From Roseibacillus sp. (GTDB lineage: Bacteria > Verrucomicrobiota > Verrucomicrobiia > Verrucomicrobiales > Akkermansiaceae), in assembly GCA_965242925.1 (NCBI GenBank), contig CBDEUM010000037.1, positions 65,148 to 129,147 of the forward strand: a DNA stretch of 64,000 bases. The letters are read 5' to 3'. Position numbers and translations under genes: made by a program. Numbering within the stretch: position 1 is the stretch's first letter; every line of letters begins with the position of its first letter. The notes under the pieces are model-generated. The model was not told the origin of the DNA. It searched no databases and saw nothing but the letters and a program-made list of their open reading frames with translations. This document shows positions 38,208-48,725 of this stretch, in pieces.

Positions 38208-38984
38208 TCAGTCGTCAGATGCCGGATCAGGGGTGGCGAAGGCTTCTGCGATCAATTGGGGAGTGAGGATTTCCGCGGTCGGGCCAAAGCCAAACTGGGA
38301 GTGGTTGAGGAGGAGGCATTCATTGAAGAGGTCAGGAGCGGAGTCGAGGTCATGGTGGGAAGAGAGGATGAGACGGCCCTCTTCCGAGAGCGCCGCCAGC
38401 AGGTTCGCCAGCGATTCGGAGGCATTGCGGTCGAGACCGGTGAAGGGTTCATCGAGCAGGAGGACGTGTGCTTCCTGGGCCAGGGCACGGGCCAGGAAGG
38501 CACGTTGTTGCTGTCCCCCGGAGAGTTCGCAGATCTGCCGGTCCTGCAGGTCCGCGATGGCGAGGATCTGCAGGGCGTGGTCAACTGCCTTGCCGTCGTT
38601 GTCTGAGTATCGCTTCCAGAGACCGAGGTGGGGGAATCGTCCCATTTCGACCAGTCCGCGGACAGTGATGGGGAAGTTCCAGTCGACCTCCTCGCGTTGG
38701 GGCAGGTAGGCGAATTCACGGGACCATTTTTGCACGGCGGTCCCACGCCACTGGATGGTTCCGGTCTTTCTGGGGACCAGTCCTGCAATGGCCTTGAGGA
38801 GAGTGGACTTGCCGGCACCATTTGGCCCGATGAGAGCCACCCGGTTGCCACAGGAAGTGGCGAGGGAGATGCTGTGGAGAGCGGGAACCGGGCCATAGGC
38901 GACGCCAACATTGTCGATCACCAGTTCGTGATGGTGATCGTGATGGGCGCAGCAATCGTGGCGACTGTGGTTTTCAGGTTCCAA
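38208..38984 (-). CDS. Zn/Mn ABC transporter ATP-binding protein with His/Cys-rich N-terminus
   Basis: GPNGAGKST, YLPQR..VDWNFP, LSGGQQQR, LDEPF; probable TTG start at 38984 (uncertain). Confidence 0.9.
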   Translation of the reverse strand: MEPENHSRHDCCAHHDHHHELVIDNVGVAYGPVPALHSISLATSCGNRVALIGPNGAGKSTLLKAIAGLVPRKTGTIQWRGTAVQKWSREFAYLPQREEVDWNFPITVRGLVEMGRFPHLGLWKRYSDNDGKAVDHALQILAIADLQDRQICELSGGQQQRAFLARALAQEAHVLLLDEPFTGLDRNASESLANLLAALSEEGRLILSSHHDLDSAPDLFNECLLLNHSQFGFGPTAEILTPQLIAEAFATPDPASDD

Positions 38985-39007
38985 GGTTCCGGTTCCAGGG
39001 TTGGAGG

Positions 39008-39460
39008 CTATCTGCCGGGGTCGAAATTGGCTTCGATGAGGTGGTCGCTCACGTCGCCTGAAAAATCGAGGAGGAGGCGGGCGCTCTTGAGTTTGTCGGG
39101 TTCGAAATCGAGGCGCAGGAAGCGGTGGGCGGTCGGATCCTGCCACGCGATGGTCAGGGCAGCGGTCCAGGTCGCGTTCCGGATGGTCAGTTCGACTTCC
39201 TCCTCGATTTCAAGTCCGGTGCCGGTGGGAAATGTGATAATCCGGCCGGACGCCTCGGTGAAGGTGATCGACTTGGCGGGAGCGGACAGGGTGAGGGTGA
39301 GCAGGGTGGGAACGACAGGGGACGGCGGGAGCTCTTCGCTGGTCACGGGGGGCACCGGGTCGGTCTGTCGCGCGTTGTCCAGCACGGCAGCGACCAGTAG
39401 TCCGGTGAGGCATATGGCGGTGAGCAGGACTCCGATTTGAAGAATGGGATTTCCGCGCAT
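39008..39460 (-). CDS. Hypothetical protein with N-terminal TM anchor, Pro-rich linker and probable beta-rich domain
   Basis: 150-aa ORF filling the gap between trpF and the ATPase on the same strand. Confidence 0.65.
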   Translation of the reverse strand: MRGNPILQIGVLLTAICLTGLLVAAVLDNARQTDPVPPVTSEELPPSPVVPTLLTLTLSAPAKSITFTEASGRIITFPTGTGLEIEEEVELTIRNATWTAALTIAWQDPTAHRFLRLDFEPDKLKSARLLLDFSGDVSDHLIEANFDPGR

Positions 39461-39503
39461 GGGGGAGGAAGAACCACTCTAGAGGCCAAGAAACTTATTG
39501 CAA

Positions 39504-40184
39504 CTAATTTGCGTTATCGAGAGGAGAGCCAACGGTCTCGAGAAGAGCGGAAACCTTCTCGAAGTCCTTGATGCCGGGTGAGGATTCGGCTCCCGAGGCC
39601 ACGTCGAGGGCACAGGCCCGGGTTGTGCGGAGTGCTTCAGCCGCGTTTTGTGGCGTGATTCCGCCGGCAAGGATGACGGGAGGAGAGGAGTGGTGATCGA
39701 TGAACCGGGTGACTGTTTCCCAATCAATGGTCCGTCCGGTTCCCCCGTAGACGCCCGGAGCATGGGCATCCAGGAGGATTCCGTTGGCGGGGCACTGGAG
39801 GGCGGAGGCCAGGTTGGAATCCTCTGTAACTCCGATGGCCTTGAAGAAGGGGAGGTCCTCTCCGGCGAACGCTTCGCAGTAGGCAGGGTCTTCGTCGCCG
39901 TGTAACTGTGCGACGTCAATGAGATCGTCGGCGAGGAGGTTGCGGGGCAGGGCGGGATCGGCATTGACGAAGACGCCCACCCGGAGAATGCGATCCTTGA
40001 GGGTGGGGAGGAACTGTCGGGCGGTATTCGGAGGGCAGTAGCGCCTGCTCTCCGGCCAGAAGTTGACCCCGAGGGCATGGACCCCGAGCTCAGTGAGCCG
40101 GTTGGCGTCGTCGACGGTGGTGACACCGCAGATCTTGAGGGACGGAGCAGCGGATGAGAGGAAGCTGTCGAGAAGCGGATGCAA
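39504..40184 (-). CDS. trpF: Phosphoribosylanthranilate isomerase
   Basis: LKICGVT, VGVFVN, QLHGDE, LLDA, GGTG, LAGGI.PQN, LDVASGAES.PGIKD; only the 3' part of the 540-aa track ORF; TTG start at 40184 is approximate. Confidence 0.92.
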   Translation of the reverse strand: MHPLLDSFLSSAAPSLKICGVTTVDDANRLTELGVHALGVNFWPESRRYCPPNTARQFLPTLKDRILRVGVFVNADPALPRNLLADDLIDVAQLHGDEDPAYCEAFAGEDLPFFKAIGVTEDSNLASALQCPANGILLDAHAPGVYGGTGRTIDWETVTRFIDHHSSPPVILAGGITPQNAAEALRTTRACALDVASGAESSPGIKDFEKVSALLETVGSPLDNAN

Positions 40185-40268
40185 AGGGTAATGATGAAGA
40201 CTGACGGATGAATGTCGAAGGTGGATTTCGGAATTCAGATTTCGGGATTCATCCGTCAGACTCCTGGT

Positions 40269-43151
40269 GTGGACGCGATACGGATCCGGGGAGCCCGGCA
40301 GCATAACCTGCGTAATGTCGATGTGGACATTCCCCGCGGGAAGCTGGTGGTGGTGACCGGGTTGAGCGGCAGCGGGAAATCGAGTCTGGCCTTTCACACC
40401 CTCTATGCGGAGGGACAGCGGCGTTATGTGGAGAGTCTGAGCGCCTACGCGCGGCAGTTCCTCGATCAACTCGACAAGCCGGAGGTGGATGCCATCGAGG
40501 GTCTCAGTCCCGCCATTGCGATCGAGCAGCGTGGGGCAGGGGCCAATCCGCGCTCGATCATTGCGACCTCCACCGAGATTCACGATTACCTCCGGATTCT
40601 CTATGCGGCGGTGGGAATCCCTCACGATCCGGGAACGGGAGAGCCGCTGGAGCGTATGACTCCGGCGGATGTGGTGGCGAGCCTGATGGGCCGGCCGGAA
40701 GGAACCAAAGTGGTTCTTCTGGCACCGCTCGATCCGGAGGCGGCGGGTGATATGCCCGCTTTGTTGCGGGATCTCCAGCGACAGGGATTCGTGCGCCTTC
40801 GGGTGAACGGAGAGCTTCTCGAGGTGGAAGAGGCGGAAGCGCGCTGGCCGACCGGCGAGGAGGAACAGGTCGACAGGTTGGAGGTGGTGGTGGATCGCCT
40901 GGTGATCCGTGGGGGAGAGGAGAGCCGACTTGCTGATTCGGTGGAGACGGCCCTGCGCATCTGTGGAGCGGAGGCGGTGGCGCTGCTCCAGTTGCCGGAG
41001 GGGGATTGGAGGGAACTCTCCTTCCTCACCAGCTATCGGAATCCGAAGACGGGATTCGAATTGCCGGACCTCAGTCCCCGGCACTTTTCCTTCAACAGTC
41101 ACCTGGGAGCCTGCGAAACCTGTCACGGACTGGGTACGGAGCTCTTCTGTGATCCCGACCTAGTGGTCCCTGATCAGTCCCGGAGCCTGAAGGACAAGGC
41201 CATCAGACTCGCCAAGGGTGGAGGGAAGGGGAAGAGCTGGCACGGGTGCCAGGTGGAGGCTCTGGCTGAGCACTTCGGAGTGTCGGGTGAGGTGCCCTTC
41301 CGGGAGTTGCCCGAGGAATTCCGGAGTGCGCTCTTTTACGGGACGGGGGGAATGAAGATTCCGATGACCTCGGAGGGGGAGGAACGGGAGATTTACCGGG
41401 ATCACCGCTACGAAGGCATTTGCCGGGATGTCGAGAGCCTCTACCGCGAGACCGGGAGTGAACCCGTGAAGCGGAACATGGGCCGCTTTATGGCGTCACG
41501 CAACTGTCAGACCTGCGGAGGTCGTCGACTGAAGCGGGAGTTTCTGGCCGTGAAGGTGGAAAGTGAAGAGGGGAAGGGAGGGCTTGGAATTCATGAGTTC
41601 TGTGCTCTCCCGATTGAGGAGGGAGTGGCATGGATGGAGGGAGTCCGGGTCCCGGCGGACTGCGAGGAGGCGGTGCGCCCGGTGGTAGAGGAAGTATGTC
41701 GGCGGCTGCAATTCCTTGATGAAGTCGGGTTGGGCTACCTCACCCTGGACCGGGGAGCGGTTACCCTTTCCGGAGGTGAATTCCAGCGGATCAGGTTGGC
41801 TACTCAGCTGGGGGCGGGCCTGGCGGGGGTGCTTTACGTCCTGGACGAACCGAGTATCGGGCTTCATCCGGAGGACAACGCGCGTCTCATTGGAGTTCTC
41901 AAGGCTTTACGGGATCTGGGAAACACCATCGTGGTGGTAGAGCACGATGAGGAAATGATCCGGGCCGCGGATCATCTCATTGAGATGGGGCCCGGGGCGG
42001 GATTGCACGGAGGGCGCCTGGTTGCGGAGGGGACGTTGGAAGAGGTGATGCGGGTGAAAGATTCTCCCACGGGGGCATGGCTGAGGGGGAGCAGTTTCCG
42101 GGGATCTGGCAGCGGCCAACTGGGAACGGGTCTGGAAACGGGCCGGAAACTGGTGATCAAGGGTGCGCGCGAGCACAACCTGCGAAACATCGAAGTGGAG
42201 ATTCCACTGGGGCAACTGGTGGCGGTGACTGGTCCGAGCGGAAGTGGGAAGTCGACGCTGGTGGACAAGATCCTGAAGAGGGCTCTGGCGCGGATCCTTC
42301 ACGGTGCGAAGGCGCTACCCGGGGAGCATGACGCCATCGAGGGAGCGGAGAACATCGGTCGCCTCGTGGTTGTCGACCAGTCACCATTAGGCCGCTCACC
42401 TCGTTCGAATCCGGCCACCTACACGGGAGCCTTCGGCCACATTCGCAACCTCTTCGCCCAGCTCCCTCTTTCGCGGCAGCGTGGATACGCGGCAGGGCGC
42501 TTCAGTTTCAATGTGAAGGGAGGGCGTTGCGAGAAGTGCCAGGGAGGTGGAGCAGTACGCATCGACATGCACTTTCTCAATGATGTTTATGTGACCTGTG
42601 ATGCGTGCGGGGGACGTCGCTACAATCGTGAGACCCTGGAAGCGACCTACAAGGGACGCAGCATCGCAGATGTGCTGGAGTTGACAGCGGAAGAGGGAGC
42701 CGAGTTTTTTGGGAAAGTGCCCAGGTTGAGCAGTCTCCTCGATGCTCTTTGTGAGGTGGGACTTGGCTACATCGGTCTGGGACAGGCTGCGAATACGCTT
42801 TCGGGCGGGGAGGCGCAGCGGGTCAAACTGGCCACTGAACTGGCCAAGACCTCGGCGGAAGGCGTTCTCTACCTTCTCGACGAACCGACCACCGGATTGC
42901 ACCACGAGGATGTGCAGGTTCTGCTGGGGGTGTTGCAGCGCCTGCGCGATGCGGGGCACTCGCTGGTCGTAATCGAGCATAATCTTGAGGTGATCTCGGC
43001 GGCGGAGTGGGTGATCGACCTGGGTCCCGGAGGTGGTCGTCATGGAGGGGAAATCGTAGCGGCGGGACGACCCGCCGATCTGATGACGGAAGGAGCCTCT
43101 CTGACGGGAAAATGGCTTGCCAGAGCGGCAAGAGATGTTGAGAACTCATGA
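40269..43151 (+). CDS. uvrA: Excinuclease ABC subunit A
   Basis: [22 protein letters not shown], second [19 protein letters not shown], Zn-finger CxxC pairs, [11 protein letters not shown] start at 40269 preferred (ATG 40212 possible). Confidence 0.95.
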   Translation: MDAIRIRGARQHNLRNVDVDIPRGKLVVVTGLSGSGKSSLAFHTLYAEGQRRYVESLSAYARQFLDQLDKPEVDAIEGLSPAIAIEQRGAGANPRSIIATSTEIHDYLRILYAAVGIPHDPGTGEPLERMTPADVVASLMGRPEGTKVVLLAPLDPEAAGDMPALLRDLQRQGFVRLRVNGELLEVEEAEARWPTGEEEQVDRLEVVVDRLVIRGGEESRLADSVETALRICGAEAVALLQLPEGDWRELSFLTSYRNPKTGFELPDLSPRHFSFNSHLGACETCHGLGTELFCDPDLVVPDQSRSLKDKAIRLAKGGGKGKSWHGCQVEALAEHFGVSGEVPFRELPEEFRSALFYGTGGMKIPMTSEGEEREIYRDHRYEGICRDVESLYRETGSEPVKRNMGRFMASRNCQTCGGRRLKREFLAVKVESEEGKGGLGIHEFCALPIEEGVAWMEGVRVPADCEEAVRPVVEEVCRRLQFLDEVGLGYLTLDRGAVTLSGGEFQRIRLATQLGAGLAGVLYVLDEPSIGLHPEDNARLIGVLKALRDLGNTIVVVEHDEEMIRAADHLIEMGPGAGLHGGRLVAEGTLEEVMRVKDSPTGAWLRGSSFRGSGSGQLGTGLETGRKLVIKGAREHNLRNIEVEIPLGQLVAVTGPSGSGKSTLVDKILKRALARILHGAKALPGEHDAIEGAENIGRLVVVDQSPLGRSPRSNPATYTGAFGHIRNLFAQLPLSRQRGYAAGRFSFNVKGGRCEKCQGGGAVRIDMHFLNDVYVTCDACGGRRYNRETLEATYKGRSIADVLELTAEEGAEFFGKVPRLSSLLDALCEVGLGYIGLGQAANTLSGGEAQRVKLATELAKTSAEGVLYLLDEPTTGLHHEDVQVLLGVLQRLRDAGHSLVVIEHNLEVISAAEWVIDLGPGGGRHGGEIVAAGRPADLMTEGASLTGKWLARAARDVENS

Positions 43152-43744
43152 GTTTTCGGTTAGACTGTTTCTCATCCATGCGAAATTCCGGCACCTACGC
43201 CATGAAGGAAAAGAGCTCGCGCTGGCGCGAATGGCTCAGTGAGCACGGGTCGAAACTGCTTCTGTTCGCCCGCCAGCAGACGCGTCGGCAGGAGGACGCC
43301 GAAGACATCCTGCAGGAGGCCCTGGTCAAGTTGGCCCGGAAGGTTGACGAGGGCATCTTCGTGGGAGGGCAGGAAGCCTGGATGCCGTTTCTTTACACCC
43401 AGATTCGTCGGGAAGCTATCGATCTGGGCCGTCGCAACGACAGACGGAAGAAGCGGGAGGACACGGTAGTGGAGGATGAGCAGTGCCAATCGGGCGGTGA
43501 GGATGCCTGGTTCGAAAGCGCTGGCTACGACGAGGAGCGCCGAACCCTCCTGGAGGCAGCCCTGAAGGAACTGCCCGGGAAGTTCTCGGATGTCATCGTG
43601 ATGAAGATCTGGGGGGGGCGGACCTTTGCGCAAATAGGTGACATTTTAGAGATTTCCATGAACACAGCGGCCTCACGGTATCGCTACGGAATTGAAGCCC
43701 TGCGAAAGCGTCTCTCCGGCGCCCGCATTAGCGGGGACCTGTAA
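43148..43744 (+). CDS. ECF-type RNA polymerase sigma factor
   Basis: DAEDILQEA (region 2), AID..RR, LP....VI.MKIWG..TF.QI...L.ISMNTAASRYRY (region 4); true start may be an internal ATG. Confidence 0.9.
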   Translation: MSFRLDCFSSMRNSGTYAMKEKSSRWREWLSEHGSKLLLFARQQTRRQEDAEDILQEALVKLARKVDEGIFVGGQEAWMPFLYTQIRREAIDLGRRNDRRKKREDTVVEDEQCQSGGEDAWFESAGYDEERRTLLEAALKELPGKFSDVIVMKIWGGRTFAQIGDILEISMNTAASRYRYGIEALRKRLSGARISGDL

Positions 43745-43794
43745 GATTCACAGAAACCCACCAGCCTGGCCTGCGCCGGGCAACGTAACGACCA

Positions 43795-44349
43795 ATGGAT
43801 TCAGAACTGCAGAAGATCGAAACTGACCTCGAGCGCATGTCTCCGGGAAGCATGCCCGAAGGGATGATCAGGCGGATGGAGGAAGCGATGGAAGGATGGC
43901 AGGAGGTCCCGGAGCAGGATGAGATAGAAAAGGTGGTTCCCTTCCCTCAGGAAGAGAGGAGTGATCGCGGGGAGACGCGCAGTGGGTGGAATCTGTGGGC
44001 TGCAGCCGCCAGCGTGGCCCTTCTCGGTGGAGTGGCAGCCATGGTGTTGACCGCGGAACCGACCCCCCGCAAAGTGGTGGAGCGAGGTGGAAGCAGTGCC
44101 GGAGATTCCACTGCCACGATGATCAATCCTGAAGCATTGCATACCATTGAGCTGGCTCCCAAGACTGCAAAACGGACAATTCTGGATGCATCAGATCGCG
44201 ACGTCATCATCCCCAACGGTTCGAGGCCAATGCGGTTGATGCGAATTGATCTGGTTGACCGGGTGGTGTTTCTCAGTCCGGACGGGGAAGAGGTGCACCT
44301 TGAGGTGCCGTCTGTAAACTATCAGTTGATCCCCGTCCCGACCGACTAG
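43795..44349 (+). CDS. Putative single-pass anti-sigma factor
   Basis: Directly after ECF sigma; acidic N-domain, KVVPFP...WAAAASVALL TM segment, short extracytoplasmic domain. Confidence 0.65.
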   Translation: MDSELQKIETDLERMSPGSMPEGMIRRMEEAMEGWQEVPEQDEIEKVVPFPQEERSDRGETRSGWNLWAAAASVALLGGVAAMVLTAEPTPRKVVERGGSSAGDSTATMINPEALHTIELAPKTAKRTILDASDRDVIIPNGSRPMRLMRIDLVDRVVFLSPDGEEVHLEVPSVNYQLIPVPTD

Positions 44350-44522
44350 CCTGGTGGTTGAATCCCGGCCCCGGGATGACCGGACCACATGTCGCATTTA
44401 TCTCCAGTCCATCCTCTTCAATGTGCTTCAAGGTTTCTAACAATAAGGGCTTTATTGGATCATTGAATTGAACAAACCCTTGCTGATGTGTCGCTAGCGA
44501 GGTAGAGAAACCATTACCAGAA

Positions 44523-45566
44523 ATGAAAGTTCCGTTTTACGCTTCCCTCCTGCTTGCACTCGGTCTTCTGCCGCTTTCCGCGATTGAACGGCCCAAGTCA
44601 CTCGACGAAGATAAGACCAAGGAGGGTGTCTCCACCGAGCAACCAAAGGACCAGCTCAAGGAAGGGGACGCCGAGGCTGACCAAGGCAACGAACCCGAAG
44701 CAATCCCGCAGGTCGATCGTCCGGCGGGCGCATGGCTCGGGGTGCTGAGCAAATCGGTGGGCGAGACCCTGCGGATCCACCTTGGTGTGGAAGAGGGCGT
44801 GGTGCTGGATTACGTGGCCCCCGGTAGTCCGGCAGCCAAGGCGGGACTGGGTCAGCACGACATCATTCTTGAGGTGAATGGTGAGTCGATCGGGAGCCAG
44901 GATGAGCTCCGGGAGGCGATCCAGGCCCACAAACCGGGCGACAAGGTGACCTTGGCAGTGCTGAGCAAGGGTGAAGAAGGGGAGCGTGAAGTCGAGATGG
45001 CCGAGCGCCCCCGGGAACCGGGGAATCCGCCGCCGGGTGTGATTCCTGGCAGGGAGCGGGCTCGTGGACTTCTCTTCCGTGATCTCCCGGAGCTGCCGAA
45101 AGATCTGGAGAACCTGATTCCCCCCGGTGGCGGAGAAGACCTGCAGCGTCAGCTGGAGGGCCAGATGAAGAAGTTTGAGAAGCAGCTCCGTGAAATGGAG
45201 CGCGGTGGTGGCCCGGGCCTGAAGCTGGACTTTGATCTCTTCAAGGACCTTCAGCGAGGGAACAAGGAGGGGGGCGCCTTCAATTTTAACTTCAAGTCGT
45301 CAAGCAGCTTCAAGTTCGTTGACGAGAACGGCAGTGTAGAGATGAAAACCACCGATGGAGGAAAGGAAGTGATCGTGAGGGATGCCGAGGGAAAGATGCT
45401 TTTCGAAGGCCCCTGGGACACCGAGCAGGATAAGGCGGCGGCACCAGAGGATATCCGGGAGAGAATTGAGGGAATGAACCAGGGTAATCGGTTCCACTTC
45501 CGGCTCGACCAGCTTCCGGAGCCCGAGCTGGAGATCCCCGAGGAGGAGAAGCCTGAACTTGAGTGA
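44523..45566 (+). CDS. Secreted PDZ-domain protein with no visible protease domain
   Basis: Signal peptide, AWLGV, GVVLDYVAPGSPAAKAGL...DII..VNG PDZ motif; no trypsin-like GxSG motif. Confidence 0.8.
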   Translation: MKVPFYASLLLALGLLPLSAIERPKSLDEDKTKEGVSTEQPKDQLKEGDAEADQGNEPEAIPQVDRPAGAWLGVLSKSVGETLRIHLGVEEGVVLDYVAPGSPAAKAGLGQHDIILEVNGESIGSQDELREAIQAHKPGDKVTLAVLSKGEEGEREVEMAERPREPGNPPPGVIPGRERARGLLFRDLPELPKDLENLIPPGGGEDLQRQLEGQMKKFEKQLREMERGGGPGLKLDFDLFKDLQRGNKEGGAFNFNFKSSSSFKFVDENGSVEMKTTDGGKEVIVRDAEGKMLFEGPWDTEQDKAAAPEDIRERIEGMNQGNRFHFRLDQLPEPELEIPEEEKPELE

Positions 45567-45591
45567 ATCCCTCCAGGGGCAGAGGAAATTT

Positions 45592-45629
45592 AACAGGAAC
45601 CCGGGCCGATCTGGTCCGGGTTTTCTGTT
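45592..45629. terminator. Probable bidirectional terminator between convergent genes
   Basis: AACAGGAACCCGGGCC-GATCT-GGTCCGGGTTTTCTGTT inverted repeat. Confidence 0.7.
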
Positions 45630-45679
45630 GGAAAGGAGGGCATGGCCTTGCGCCCCCCCGGCCTTCCAGGGTCGGACGA

Positions 45680-46578
45680 TCACGTTTCGACCAGGAGGGT
45701 CTTAAGGTAGGGATCGTCGGTGAAGTCAGGGGGCATGGGATGGCTCTCGAGGCGGACATGCGAAGGGAGGGCTTCGGCAACCATCCGCCTGAAGCCATGG
45801 TCGGGGAGGCGCCGGCAATTGGTGGTACAGAGGAGCCAGCCCCGGGGCGCGAGGCAGGCGGCGGCGAGGGCGACGAGTTCTCCGTAGTGTTCCTCGGCAC
45901 GGAAGACCTTGCCCCTGTGGTCGCGTGAGAAGGTGGGTGGATCCAGAACGATGCCGGTAAAGCGCCGGTCTTGCCGGGCGAAGCGGCGCAACCAGTGAAA
46001 GGTGTCGCCCCTGCAGAAGTGATGCGCCAGGGCATCGATCCGGTTGAGGAGCATGTTTTCCCGTGCCCAGTCGAGATACGGTTGGGAAAGATCGAGGGTC
46101 GTGGTGGTGGCGCCACTGAGGGCCGCACAGACAGAGAAGGTTCCGGTGTAGGCAAAGGTGTTGAGGACGGTGTCGCCTGCCTGGCAGCGATCCCGGACGC
46201 GAATGCGGTTTTCACGCTGATCGAGAAAGATGCCTTGCGAGTATCCTGACTGGAAACTTGCCAGATAGCGAATGCCGATCTCGTGGATCTCGAAGGGTTT
46301 GGTCAGTTTCGTGCCGGCGACCAGGGAGGGCGCTTCCCTTGCCTGCTGGTCGAGATGTTTCCAGTAGGTGGTGATGGAAGGGGCAAGGCTGGTCGCCCAG
46401 TCCTCGAGTTCCGGTGAAAGGGTTGGGCTGTAGTGGAGAGGAGGCGGTGACCGGCAAAATCATCGAGGAAGATCCCGGGGAGGTCGTCGCCGGCACCGTC
46501 GACGAGGCGGCAGGCATCAGTATCCCCGAGGGGGAGAGTGGTTCGAAGTTTTTCAGATGTGTTTATTTTACGAACCAT
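45680..46578 (-). pseudogene. RlmI/RlmK-like class I SAM-dependent methyltransferase with a one-base deletion near 46418-46430
   Basis: DTDACRLVDGAGDDLPGIFLD in one frame; YSQGIFLDQRENR, VLNTFAYTG, LDLSQPYLDWAREN, IVLDPPTFS in another frame that has no upstream start. Confidence 0.85.
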
Positions 46579-46717
46579 GACATGATAGGAATCCTTGTCA
46601 GGAGGCTGCCGAACGAAGGGAGGAAATGGAAGACCCGGTGGTCCGTCCTCTTTGACTTCCTGCATGTTGAGCTAAAACGGCTGGATTCATTTTGCGATCA
46701 TCAAAACTCCCGTGACC

Positions 46718-48673
46718 ATGAGCAATTGGAGGCAGCGACTGGCTGAAGCGGTGGGAGCTGGCAGCGTTCTGGCTGATTCGGGGAGGAACATCGATCTTCT
46801 CCTCAGCGGAACAAGCGATGAACGGGCGGAAGATGCAGTTGTGGAGCTGGTGGACGGTGGGCACTGGGCGGAGCTCAACGATCGATTCTACAAGACCCTG
46901 GCCTTCGGGACGGGTGGATTGCGGGGACGAACGATTGGAAAGGTGGTGACCAGTGTGGAGCGCGGCGTGAGTGGACCCGGAGATCGCCCGGAGTTTCCCT
47001 GCTACGGCACGGCTTCCATGAATTTCTACAACGTGAACCGGGCGATCCGGGGATTCATTTCCTATGTGAAGAAGTATCTCGCAGAGAGTGGTGAGGACCG
47101 GAAACCAGTGTTTGTCATTGCCCGGGATACGCGACATTTCTCGGCCGACTTTGCCCACTACTGCGGGAAGGTCTGTGTGGAGACGGGATGTGATGCCTAC
47201 CTCTTTGACGGCCCCCGGGCCACTCCGGAGCTTTCCTTTGCCCTGCGGACCCTGCGGGCGGATGCGGGGGTGGTGCTCACGGCGAGCCACAATCCCTCTC
47301 ACGACAACGGGTTCAAGGCCTATTTCAATGATGGAGGGCAGATCGTGGAGCCGCATGCGGGCGGGATCATCGCGGAGGTCAATGCCCTGGCCAGCGACAG
47401 CTACGAGGCGCTGCCGGACGATGAGCAGGGGACGGTGCATGTCCTGGGCGGGGAGATGGACGAGAAGTACAAGGAGAAACTGCGAACCATTCTCCTCCGA
47501 CCCGAATTGCTGGAGGGCCGCTCAGCCAGGGTGGTCTACACCAACCTGCACGGAACGGGTGGCTGGATCGTGGTTCCCATGCTGCGGGAACTCGGATTTG
47601 AAGTCATAACGGTAAAGGAACAGGATGAGCAGGATGGAAGATTCCCGACCGTTGACTCGCCTAATCCGGAGAACGCCTCGGCCCTGCATAAGGCGATCGA
47701 GCTGGCGGAGGAAGTGGGCGCGGAGGCGGTCATCGGGACTGACCCGGACTGCGATCGGATGGGCGTGGCAGTGCGTAATGCGGACGGTGGAATGCAGTTG
47801 CTGAGCGGCAACCAGATTGGGACCTTGATGGCCTGGTACCGCATCAGGACCTTCTTTGATCAGGGCATCGTGACAGAATCGAATCGAAGCCGCGCCACCC
47901 TGATCAAGACGTTTGTAACGACCGGATTTCAGAGTGCGGTGGCACGGCATTTTGGCATTGGGGTAGTGAACACCCTGACCGGATTCAAGTACATCGGGGA
48001 GAAACTGCGCAAGTATGAGGAGGCTATTCCCGCCGACAGGCGGGGCGACTATCGCTCGTTATCGGAGGAGGAGACCCGGGCGCTGCGTCTGGAATACTCC
48101 AGGTTTCTTGTCTTCGGGGGCGAGGAGAGCTACGGATATCTGGGGGGCGATTTCGTGCGGGACAAGGATGGGAACGGATCGGTGGTCATGTTTGCCGAAC
48201 TGGTGGCCTTCGCCATGAGCAGGGAGAAGAGGATCACCGACCTGCTGGACGAACTCTACCACGAGTATGGCGTCTACGATGAGATGAACACTGATATCGT
48301 GCTGGAAGGTGCGGAAGGAGCCGCCAGAATCGCGGCCCTTATCCGATCCTACTCTGATGAGCCTCCGACCGAGATTGATGGCTCTGCGGTGGTGAAGATC
48401 CAGGACTTCAGCAGGGAGGATGTCTACGACGAAGAGGGTGACCCCATTCCCAGGGCAGGCATGATCATGGTGCACCTCGAAGGTGACTGGCGCTTCGCGG
48501 TAAGGCCCTCAGGGACGGAGCCCAAGATCAAGTTCTACCTCTTTGGGAAGGGAGAGCCGAAGCCAGCCGATCTTGTGACCAGCAAGGCGGCCGTCAAGGC
48601 GGGTCTGGAAGCCCTCTGGAAGTGGCTGGAGTCGGATGCTCACAGTCGCATGGAGGCGAATGGGGAAGGATGA
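46718..48673 (+). CDS. Phosphoglucomutase/phosphomannomutase family protein
   Basis: FGTGGLRG, TASHNP, DPDCDR, GGEESYG, VRDKDG, RPSGTEPKIK. Confidence 0.93.
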   Translation: MSNWRQRLAEAVGAGSVLADSGRNIDLLLSGTSDERAEDAVVELVDGGHWAELNDRFYKTLAFGTGGLRGRTIGKVVTSVERGVSGPGDRPEFPCYGTASMNFYNVNRAIRGFISYVKKYLAESGEDRKPVFVIARDTRHFSADFAHYCGKVCVETGCDAYLFDGPRATPELSFALRTLRADAGVVLTASHNPSHDNGFKAYFNDGGQIVEPHAGGIIAEVNALASDSYEALPDDEQGTVHVLGGEMDEKYKEKLRTILLRPELLEGRSARVVYTNLHGTGGWIVVPMLRELGFEVITVKEQDEQDGRFPTVDSPNPENASALHKAIELAEEVGAEAVIGTDPDCDRMGVAVRNADGGMQLLSGNQIGTLMAWYRIRTFFDQGIVTESNRSRATLIKTFVTTGFQSAVARHFGIGVVNTLTGFKYIGEKLRKYEEAIPADRRGDYRSLSEEETRALRLEYSRFLVFGGEESYGYLGGDFVRDKDGNGSVVMFAELVAFAMSREKRITDLLDELYHEYGVYDEMNTDIVLEGAEGAARIAALIRSYSDEPPTEIDGSAVVKIQDFSREDVYDEEGDPIPRAGMIMVHLEGDWRFAVRPSGTEPKIKFYLFGKGEPKPADLVTSKAAVKAGLEALWKWLESDAHSRMEANGEG

Positions 48674-48725
48674 AACGGGAAGGCCGGAGTGAAACCAGCG
48701 AAGATCGGAGCTTCCGGGGTTTCCC

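Noticed and set aside
37228..38709. Long antisense ORFs (this 493-aa one; also 10450..11772, 14585..15868, 32133..33521, 57887..59602)
   Set aside because: They lie opposite well-supported genes, have no recognisable motifs, and are expected from GC-rich codon usage
40185..41126. 540-aa ORF as a TrpF fusion protein
   Set aside because: The upstream ~314 codons are the antisense shadow of uvrA; only the 3' part has TrpF motifs
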